A DNA stretch of 60,994 nucleotides, filler included, from Sphacelaria rigidula (lineage: Eukaryota): NCBI GenBank assembly GCA_964200075.2. It is 10 parts of 10 records of this genome, joined end to end, with 100 filler letters (N's around TTAATTAATTAA, not from the genome) between each part and the next. Parts side by side here need not be neighbours in the genome. Positions count along the whole stretch, not along the records: positions 48,877 to 54,885 come from CAXNAA020022826.1; positions 54,986 to 60,994 come from CAXNAA020022827.1; 8 more parts are not named here. One strand, 5' to 3'. The position numbers and the translations under genes were made by a program. The notes below the pieces were generated by a model that was not told where the DNA came from, ran no database searches, and saw only the letters and a program-made list of their open reading frames with translations. Shown here one piece after another: positions 51,723 to 60,994 of this stretch; within the stretch, counting starts at the first letter, position 1; each line of letters starts with the position of its first letter.

Positions 51723-52467
51723 TATATATATATGTGTGTGTGTACAAGGCGCCGCGCCGGAGGTAGTATCAATCAGTGAGAATGTCTTCGATGGAGTAAC
51801 ATTGAGGAGAGGCCAGGGTTGGAGGAGGAGGTCCCATCCCAAGGCTTCGAAAAAAGGATGCAAAGTGAAGAATCATGATTGATCAGTTGTGTCCCTCCAA
51901 AAGCGAGACTTCGGCAATGGAAATCTCAACGTCGATTACAGACTGTGTTTTTAAAGTGGCGAATGATGAAAATATGTGTCAGACAATGAACCGGCGAAGC
52001 TCGCCGAAGAAGGGGTTCATCGCGAACACTTCATACCTCCAGCAAGCACGGTGGGAAGTTGCTGTACAGAGAGTGTTTTATTGTTGTTGTTGTCGCTGCT
52101 TCCTTTCTTCTTTCCTTTCTGTGGCTGTTGCTGTTGCTTCTGTCTTTTTCTGTTCCTTTCCTTCCTCCTTTCTTCTTCTGTTATTTTTTTTGCTGCTCCT
52201 GACCAAGGGCTGCGTTGTTGCAATCGGCTAATGTGAGATGATCAATCAATCAATCAATCGATCAGTGTGAATATGGAGTACCGCCGCACGCAGCGCAGTA
52301 GTGCAGTACAGACAAAAATCACCGTGAATGATGAAGCAACAGCCAGTACCGCCGTGCTGCTCGTTCACACACTCATCAAGGGTGTTTCGGGTAGGGTATG
52401 TACCCGCGTATTTACCGTCCCGAAGTTCATGGCGCGATGATTCGATCTCCAAACCCTACCCAAATAT

Positions 52468-52925
52468 TGGGGGGGGGGCGTACTCATTTGCTGCTTGCCT
52501 TAGTCGTTTGACCATTGACCACGCATCCCTTTCGAGANNNNNNNNNNCTTTCGTTGGTGGGTGTTTTGTTCGTGTGAGTGTGTGGTGTTGGGTGGGGCGT
52601 TTTTTTGTGTGGTGGGGGGTGGGGGGGGGGGGGGGGGGGGCTCTCATTCATTTCTTGCTTCAGTTGTTCAACCGCTGATCAAGCACCCCTTTCAAGACGG
52701 AGCACCGTTCCCACTCCTTATAGAGTCACCTCCAATATCTGGGCACTCATCACGTTTCTTCCATTCAGTACATGGAAACCTTTTGGATATATTATCCCGG
52801 TCCTGTTACGCCATCTGTGGCCACCATCTATCTCCTAGTATAGCGATCGCTTTTTCGCAGTCTAACGCATCAAACGATTTCATGCCACCTTCATTTGCTT
52901 CCCGCAATTCCCCTTCTACCAAATT
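52468..52925 (-). mobile_element. Two LINE 3'-end fragments (52468-52537 and ~52615-52925) either side of a small N gap
   Basis: EGGMKSFDALDCEKAIAILGDRWWPQ peptide and the same 3' terminal sequence as the other copies; each ends in a C-tract. Confidence 0.85.
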
Positions 52926-52993
52926 TTGGCGAGAGTTTGGCGTTAGGCACAATCGTCGTGCTCTGCCTAATATGAGTGTTGTTGAGTACAATG

Positions 52994-53311
52994 TCCCATT
53001 CCGGCACCCCCATCCCACCAATTTCCCGTCCCAGGAGAAGCATCACCCTGTCGTCTTTCTTGACGTCGAAATCGCGTGACCCGAGGATCGCATGGATCTT
53101 TTCGATGACTTCCCTGAGGAAGAGGTCCCGTTGCATCGCCCACTTACTGCACTTGAGCAGCACGTGGGCGATGCAATGCGACCTCTACCTCAGGGAGGTC
53201 ATCGAAAGACCCATGCGATATTCGGGTCACGCGATTTGCGCGCGAAGAAGACGAAAAGGTGATGCTTCCTCTGGATGGGGAGATTGGTGGGATGGGAGTG
53301 CCGGGATGGGA
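52994..53311. repeat. ~320-bp hairpin (MITE-like)
   Basis: TCCCATTCCGGCACCCCCATCCCACCAAT pairs with ATTGGTGGGATGGGAGTGCCGGGATGGGA; complementarity continues to a short loop near 53152. Confidence 0.85.
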
Positions 53312-53397
53312 GTGTTGGGTAACTAGAATACGATTTTTTTTAAATCCCAAATTTAGGCAATACCCTACCCAACAAACCCTTGTTTTAATGCACATAC

Positions 53398-53755
53398 TGT
53401 GTGTTGTCATCTAATCTATTATGGACGCCGGTCTACACCTTCCGGTATATGTGGGCGCATCAGCCGGGGTCACAGGAGGAAGGCCACTTCGGCTGTGTTA
53501 TCTTTTTCAATTTTTTTTTGTACTCCACCGTCCTTCTGTGCTTACCTTATTTTTTATCGCGAGAGGAGTTCAGCAGTCCTTTCCCTCGTCGATTGTGAAG
53601 TCGAATTTTGTGTACCCACGATATAGTCGCTTTCCACTGTTGGACCTTGGTGTGAGAAAAAATCCCAGATCGTGTGACTGCACCGAGATTCAAACCCATG
53701 ACACGACTGTCAGAAGGACACGAGGTTACCAACTGAGCCACTGGGGGCGACCGGC
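53398..53755 (-). mobile_element. tRNA-derived SINE, full length (tail-only fragments also at 36659-36730 and 48877-48930; middle fragment at ~36938-36995)
   Basis: Colinear similarity with the other copies; the head reads GCCGGTCGCCCCCAGTGGCTCAGTTGG on the minus strand. Confidence 0.85.
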
Positions 53756-54639
53756 CTACGTACTGCAGATGAAAAATCGTCGGAACACGGGGTCGCCAAG
53801 AACAACCGAGACCAATACGGTGCAGCGTTTCTGTACAGTCAGTACATACGTGAGTACAGCACACGGAGTAGCGCGAAGGTAGCGCGTTGGCCTTCTCGGA
53901 CCCCGCTGTCACGTATTTTGTGTTGTTGGACAAGGGATCTGAAAGTTATCTTTGATCAGATGTTTTTGTTAGCTCATGGGCCGTCCGATGTGTGCAATGT
54001 ATGGTCAATGATTGCGATAGAAAAAAATGTACTACACAAAGTATGAGCATTTTTTTATTTTTGTAACTGTTGCCGAAATGGTTGCGACAGAAAAATATAC
54101 TTAATGGGGGTATAGGCCTGATGCAACTATTGCCGTCGGCAATGGTTGCAGTAGACCTATAATTTAAGCAGTACAATTTTACTCTACTCCATCTATTCAT
54201 CACATATTGTCCAGAGTGTGATACGATTCAAAAACTTGCCTTGGCACGTGGAAAGTTTTTTTTCAGCATAGTTGGCGGGAGGACACGTGAAGTGTTTTGT
54301 GCACATGGCAGGCAGTACACACAGGAGGACACGGGACACGCAAGGTGCTGTATCCACGTGTCCGTAAGCCCTGAAACCGAGTGGGAAATGCGGTTACGTG
54401 ACTCCTCTTACTGCTCGGAAATGGTCTTGTTTGGATTTGTACCCGGTGTTGACTTTTTGACACGTTTGCTCTCCAGTTCAACAGCCGGTTTTCTGAAACG
54501 TCCGCCCGGTCACGTGAAAAGCCTTTGTTGGTTCCTTGAGACGACAGACTCGTCCCCAATAAATGAAGGGGTTGGGAGCATTACGAGAAAGAGTAGAGCA
54601 CGCTCAAAATTCATGTTTTTACCCCCCCCCGTCCCCTGA

Positions 54640-54885
54640 GCGAAGGTGGCGTGAGATCGTTTGACGCATTAGACAGGAGGGAGAAAACGATGGCTATACT
54701 AGGAGACGGATGGTGGCCACAGACGGCGAAACAGGACGAGGATAAGATATGCACAAGGTTCTTGTGTGGTGTATGGAAGTAACGTAATGGGCACCTATAT
54801 GTTGGTGGTGTCTCTATTAGGAGTAGGAACGGTGCTCCGTCTCGAAAGGGATGCGTGGTCAATGGTGAAACGACTAAGGCAAGCA
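54640..54885 (+). mobile_element. LINE 3' fragment cut by contig end
   Basis: Encodes FDALDRREKTMAILGDGWWPQTAKQD ... RNGAPSRKGCVVNG. Confidence 0.85.
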
Positions 54886-54985
54886 NNNNNNNNNNNNNNN
54901 NNNNNNNNNNNNNNNNNNNNNNNNNNNNNTTAATTAATTAANNNNNNNNNNNNNNNNNNNNNNNNNNNNNNNNNNNNNNNNNNNN

Positions 54986-57900
54986 CGACGGAATCCACGA
55001 AACATCGCTACTGTCAACACGCACGCGAAACAATCCATCTTCAGCCAAAGTAGCTTGACCGAAAGTTGTAGGAAAAAAATGAACACGGTCGCCGACTGTT
55101 TTGCGCTGCGCGGTACGAATGACATCTGACGAGGGCAGCGAATCATCGGCATCACACGGGCTGTAGCGTACAACAGAACGAACAGGCAAAGTAGGAACCT
55201 CCACCCAGCGAGACGACCAATCTCCCCAGCAGTTGCGCTCTCCAGGAATGTGTTGACGGCCATACCGGTACTGGCCTAGTACTGCTTTCCAATTTTCAAG
55301 CCGTTGTGGCATGGTCTTCGTTACCGATGTGACACACTCTTCGGGGTTAATAACGTACTATAGATTGCGATGATCGGTGAAAATGCGAACACCACCCCAA
55401 AGCAAGTACTCTAGCCTTCGAAATGTGTTGACTATCGCGGAACTTTCTTCGTCCACTGTCGCCCACCGCAACTGTGAACCCTTAAACCTACCACTCAGAA
55501 AAGCCAACGGTTCGTGTGACATATTTCCGAGCGCAATGCCACTGGTACGATCACGTGCCACCCGCTTGGTCCGACGCAAAGCCCCGAACATAAGTTGTTC
55601 CAGAAATACTCGAAGCGGAGCGACTTATTCCGCCATGCGCGGGAGCGAAGTCCGCAACCAATTCACCGCCTGCAGAAACTGCATCAGCTCTCCAGCGTTT
55701 TGAGGACGTCGCATATTGCTCAAACCTTGAAAACAGACGGGATCATGCGAAACAATACCCTTGGATTACACGTTACCACACCGAACCACTTCGCGGGTGA
55801 AAAACGTACACTTATGCGCAGCGACGGACAGACCAATACTCTCCAAGCAGCCAAGAATTTCGTCAAGCAAAGCTAACAGTGCTTCTTCAGTTTCAGCAAA
55901 ATAGAAAACGTCATCCACCTACACTTTACAGCCTAGACCTCGCAATATTATGTCAGTCAGCACACCTTGGGAATACGCCGTGGCGTTTAGCACGCCCTGC
56001 GGAACATGAGGAGGCGTACCCAAACCGTCAGGCGTGACGATCGTGAAGATCTCCTGAGCCTTCGGCACTAGAGGCATCTGCCGACACCCCTGTAGCACGT
56101 CCAACTTGCCGAAGCATTGGGCTCCCAGCAACTCCCGCATGTCTTCTTGGCTTGGCCTCACCCCCGGAGACTGTTCCACTTGCGCGTTCACCGCCTGATA
56201 GTCGCTGACCAAACGGAATGTGTCCCTTTTCGGCACCGCCATCGCCGGATTCGCCCATACAGCCCGGATGTTCCTCACCACTAAACCAAACGCCACCAAA
56301 GCCACCCGGTCTTCACCGGATCGTAACGTCCGGGCTTGGCCTTCACCGCATTTGCCTGGGGCTTGAGCTGCACCCTCATGGACTCGACGCGCGCCGGCGG
56401 GTCACCACGCAGCGCACGGCGAAATGTATCTACGCGGCGAGCCAAAATATCACGCAGACACTGTGCTCCATCGGCACTCAGGCCCTTCTGCTCGGCCTGC
56501 TGCACGCTATCCTCAAGCGCACGTTCTTTGGCATCTGTTTCCTCCGCTGGGTCCGTGAACATGTCGGGCCCCCGATCGACCAAGCGCTCCACCGCTTCAT
56601 CCGCAGGAGCCTCCTCCTCATTGAAGCTCTGGAATGACCGTATGGATACGATCACACATCTTGCAGCGGGGGAACTGGGGTTTTCCACACCGTTTTGCAC
56701 CGGCACAGCACGCGGGCCTAACTTATCCAACGCCAACGGGTACAAATCAATCCCGAGCTCCTTCCCCGTCGCCATCCCAAATAGAACCACGTTGTCCCTA
56801 CCGGGCATGACAGTGAGAGTGATGGGCTGCAACTCCACAGCCCCCCACGGCGTACGCACGCTAAGAGTAATCGGCACCGTCTTATGTGTAACCGTCACGG
56901 GAGCACCCGTCGCGGTCTGCGCCGTTCACGGTCCGTTTTTCGAACGAAATCGGAAGCTGAGCGCCGCCAAACTGCGAAGACATTTGCTCAAGCAACCCCA
57001 CACCGATCGACGTGAGCGCGGACCCAGAATCCACAACCACGCGGGCCATGAACGAACCTACAGAACGAGGCAAGGGTAAATCTGCGCGTAAGCATTCAGC
57101 CTTACGATCGACAGGTACCACGCCTGCCGAAGAACCCTGTTCTGTACCAAGAGTCACCTGACGTCAAGGCTACCCTCTAGCACTTGACATCGATAGCTGC
57201 AAATCGTCGGTCCGACCAGACCAAGTCGACGAATATGCAAACGGCGCTGTTACAGCCGTCGCAACCGTGGGAGATGCACCAGACACGGATCCTGCCTGAC
57301 CGAGGGGTTGCGAACTATTCGCTCCAGCACTCCCCACCGAAGTATTTGCATTTCCCACGTACACAGTCCGCCCCGCTACGGACGAACCATAAGGTCCAGA
57401 GTCACCACCTGATGACGTAGTGGAAAAAATACCTACGGAGGAACCACCATCCGCCGCCGTCAACATCGTCCGGTTCTTTTTCCAGCCGTCAACATACATT
57501 AGTACACTTCGGGCATACGCCTTGAACTCCGGAGGTAAAATCCAGCCCACCAAAGCTATGGTAACCGACTCGGCCGGGCCTGGCAACCAACTCCTGTCCT
57601 CCGCACGGTACATGGCTTGCACCGTAAGGTTTTCTGCAAAAGACTTCTCCATCGATGAACTGACCATCATCGCACGATCCTTGACAGATTTCCCACCGCT
57701 TTCTTGCATAGTAAGAACTTTGCGTAGATTTGCGGCAGTCCGCGCAGCGTCATGCTTGCCGCCGGTTGTAGTATACCCAGCATGCTGCTTCACAGCACCT
57801 TGCAATTCATCGGGGGTCATAGCCCGACGGTCCTCGTACATATCTTCGGAGCACCGGTAAAATTAGGTAGGAGTGAGCTGTCCTACGCTCACTCTCTCAT

Positions 57901-58513
57901 GCCGTATGACTCCTGTACTGTTGGCTAAAGTCAGTCTTTCTAGAAAGTCGATATATGCGGCATAAAACCTTCGTGGCGCCTCTTCGGTTGACCCTTCGCC
58001 ATACTTTGGCGGCTCTAGTGGCTCACCCAACACCAGCGGTGCTGCCGCCGCTTGAGCCATGTCGACTACTTCAACACTTCACTGAGAGACTCTTGCCTGA
58101 CTTGTGCGTCCTCCAGCTCACGGGGCGTCCTCCACTCGAGTGCGCTTCAAGTTGGTCTCCTCCTGTCTGCGGGCTGAACTGGCTCCCAGCTGCAGCCCAT
58201 TTTCTCCTCAGCCAAACTCCTGTAACAGAGTGCCGGAAGCAGAATATTTAGATAGTATGGCCTCTGCCAGACGATCTGGACAGGAGGACTATCCACGAGG
58301 GATTCCTCCAGTAGCACTGGCGTCGTGCTCGACAAGTCCCTTCTTCTAACTTTTTATTATTGCGGAGTGATCCTCAACAGACCACATCACGAGCCAGACA
58401 GCAAGGGACCACACAGATAAGGGTCATCAATTCAGGCTTCCATGTCCCCTGCCACTTCTCCAATCAAGCATGCGATTATACTGAAACCTACGGCTTGGTA
58501 TCATTTGGCTACA
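54986..58513 (-). mobile_element. Decayed Ty3/Gypsy LTR retrotransposon (5' LTR, gag, protease, RT, RNase H; integrase beyond contig end)
   Basis: gag-like ORF from the ATG at 58060 with an in-frame stop at 57863-57865; protease VVVDSGS (~57020); RT motifs WANPAMAVPK..FRLVSDY..VN, GKLDVLQG, PQGVLNA and *VDD; RNase H EPLAFLSG.F...QLRW.TV..E...IFTDHRNL. The PR-RT-RH order is Gypsy-type. Confidence 0.93.
58221..58513 (-). repeat. Candidate 5' LTR (293 bp) of the Gypsy element
   Basis: Minus strand reads TGTAGC...AATAAA...GTTACA (TG...CA with short inverted ends), 160 bp upstream of the gag ATG. The second LTR is not in the contig. Confidence 0.55.
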
Positions 58514-58699
58514 TTTCTCTGTAAGGTGTTGCCTAGCTGCCTCCACCTAGCATGGTAGCGCCCCCCCTCATTTTGTTTTCTTGATTTGTGTTTTTTTGTG
58601 TGTGAGTAAGTTTTTTTTTTGTGTATTCGTGTGTGTGTGGAAGTAAGTTAGTTTTGAGTCCCCATGCAGGTCTTCGGAGTTGTCCCGTTTGGACGATTG

Positions 58700-60225
58700 A
58701 GTTGAGCAGCCCACACGTGGACAGATAGCACCCTGTTGAGGGGATCTACAGGGTTTACGTACCCTGCGCAGTGTTTCTGGCGGGAATTTTACCGTACAGT
58801 GTTTTCCAGCGTAGCACAGGACGCTCCACAGGGTTTCTCTACAGTGGTCATGCACACGTGGACAAATAGCACCCTGTGGGGCACGTCTACAGGGTTTAGG
58901 GAAACTGTGCAGGGTTTCTCGCGGGGATCTGGCTGTAGGGTTTTTTTGCGCCCCACAGGACGCTTCACAGGGTTCAAGGAAACTGTGCAGGATTTCTCGC
59001 GGGGGTTTGACTGTAGGGTATTGTTTTGTGCCACAGTCACTCGGCACTGCATACATACAATATACTCCATACAGCATGGGCATAGTACTGGCAGAAAAAA
59101 ACGTTCGAGGAGTGGCAGGGACGAGGATTGAGCTTGCGATTTGGTGCTCGGGAGTTTGTCAGGTTATACTTTGAGCTACCCGATTTGTTGTGCAATATAA
59201 GCATATTTTGTGCTTCTAATAACTATTAAGCAAAAACCTCTCTGAATAAAAGCATACTCGGTTGAGTGATTTTGGTAGACTGCGGACCACGGGGTTTTTT
59301 AAAGCAATGTGCACTCATATGCGACGTATATACCGTTTCCTCATTATCCATGTCTTAAGCGGAAGCGTCTTATCTAAACTTGTAGGCGTGTGGACATACA
59401 CTCGATCGTAATCAGTGTGTCGGATCTCCATTCAGCGGAAGCTGCTGAGAATGATTCATCCTTCAGCCCATGTGCATGGACCAAGGGGCAAAAGGATGAA
59501 ATGCTTTCAACAATGTTTTCTGCATGTCGGATCCCATATGCTGATAACGGTGCAGTATGCGGGATTTGCCCAGCAGCTGACGCTGCTCGCGATAAATCTC
59601 TTTTCCCCCAATCTCCGGATGAATTGGAGGGCAAAGTGAAGATTTATTTCGAGCTTCTTCTGCTGTTCCAATTCCAAATCTGCCAGTGTGCATGGGATTT
59701 GCGCAGCAGCAAAACCTGTTCGAAATATATCCTTTTTTCGCGTATTTCAAAAATGGACGAAGAAAAATCGATTTTGAACAGCTTCTTCTGCTGTCCGACA
59801 TAAATATATTTTTTGCCAAAATAAATTGGGCGGGAAAAGGATATGTTTTGAATAGCTTGTCCTGCTGTCCAAAGGAAATTCCTTTTTGCCCGATTCAAAT
59901 CGAGTGAAGAGGAATTTACCTCGGACAGGAGGACAAGCTATTGAAAATATACAATTTTTCAGATTTTGTACCAAGATATTTGGAATTAAAAAAAACAAAA
60001 GTGTTTTTTTTCACCAAAACACCACCACATGACTGTGAAGGGCTTTGCCGACAAGCCTACACAGGGCTGTGAACCCAACCCCGGGGAAATTTCCTATCAA
60101 AACGCTACGAGGGGTACAGGTTCGGATTGTCACTGTCAGGGTTTTTTCACGAAGACTGTGGAGGACCCTGTACGGACCCTGCACAGTGCGCCCCACAGGG
60201 TGCTATTCGTCCACGGATGTTGCCG
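58700..60225. repeat. Degenerate CAGGGTTT/CACCCTGTGGGG sub-repeat block (58700-59045) with an inverted counterpart (60025-60225)
   Basis: CGTGGACAAATAGCACCCTGTGGGGC near 58857 is matched by GCCCCACAGGGTGCTATTCGTCCACG near 60190. Confidence 0.6.
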
Positions 60226-60597
60226 GCTGCCAGACTGTCACAGACTTTCAGGACGTAGGATCCGCTAGCATTGCTACCGTCCGTACGGGGGTGTTGCCCC
60301 CTTGTCAGGCTCACCTCCCACAGGTAGGGGTAACTCAAAGTGAGTTAAAATATCTTCGCGCGAAGCGTGATTATGGCCGACTATTTAAACCTCGCCACTG
60401 GGCAAACCTCGAGGACCGACCCGAAATCAGGGAAAGAAATATCGAATGGGACATGTTCTGTACCACTGTGCTGCAGCACAAACACACTCATGCTCTGTCT
60501 TGTGTGCTGTAGGTGTCGCTGCGCTGTGGCGTCTTCGGGCCTTTGTGGAGACGGTTTGATCTCCGCTGGGAGTGCCTGAGTTGCTTTATATTGCACT

Positions 60598-60699
60598 GGT
60601 GGCCACTGGGGTGCCTGTAACCTCAAATTTGGAAGTTGCAGACCTTGTGTAACGTCTGTAACGTCCAAATTTGAGGTTAAAGGCACCCCAGTGGCCACC
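60598..60699. repeat. 102-bp hairpin
   Basis: GGTGGCCACTGGGGTGCCTGTAACCTCAAATTTGGA pairs with TCCAAATTTGAGGTTAAAGGCACCCCAGTGGCCACC. Confidence 0.9.
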
Positions 60700-60994
60700 C
60701 GTGGGTCATTCCGTTCGTCTCTATGAAAAATAATGTTGTCGACACGAAGTGCTCTCTATACACACCGTTGAAACGTTTATGGTGTGTTGGCTGTTTTGTC
60801 TCGAATCAAAGGAATAAGGCGCTCCCCACCAAACCCATCAGTTCTATGCTGTAGTTCTCGTTGTGCTGTTGGGCATCTAAAAATTCACACTCTACGACGA
60901 TCACGGTGCGATGTGCACTGGAGAGTGCCTGAAACAGCCGATCATCTATGTTGAGGATGGTGCTTTTCATTGAGGATGAGAACCCGGAGGATTA

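Noticed and set aside
56336..57860. Long plus-strand ORFs (247 aa, 146 aa, 139 aa)
   Set aside because: Antisense shadows of the Gypsy gag-pol on the minus strand.

Overview
This window is not one locus. It is ten unrelated contigs of 6010, 6010, 6010, 6010, 6009, 6009, 6009, 6009, 6009 and 6009 bp, apparently sorted by size and joined by identical 100-bp artificial linkers (N44-TTAATTAATTAA-N44), so adjacency across linkers carries no meaning. The DNA is eukaryotic and repeat-rich; the long introns and the LINE/SINE families suggest a brown alga (inference, not verified). The only host gene I can support is a partial RAD51C: four minus-strand exons in contig 2, one intron probably GC-AG. The rest is mostly transposable-element material: a decayed Ty3/Gypsy element with its 5' LTR, several 5'-truncated LINE copies ending in C-tracts, a tRNA-derived SINE family, a TTAA-flanked piggyBac-type non-autonomous element, hAT- and Harbinger-type MITEs, Helitron-like elements, many foldback hairpins and tandem repeats. 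I found no CRISPR array, defence system or intact novel multi-gene system. The best leads are a set of ~250-bp MITEs with 4-bp TSDs and a shared TIR core (Sola2-like), the C-tailed LINE family, an indel-free but highly diverged 42-nt repeat, and a ~2.7-kb modular palindrome. Most ORFs in the supplied track look spurious.
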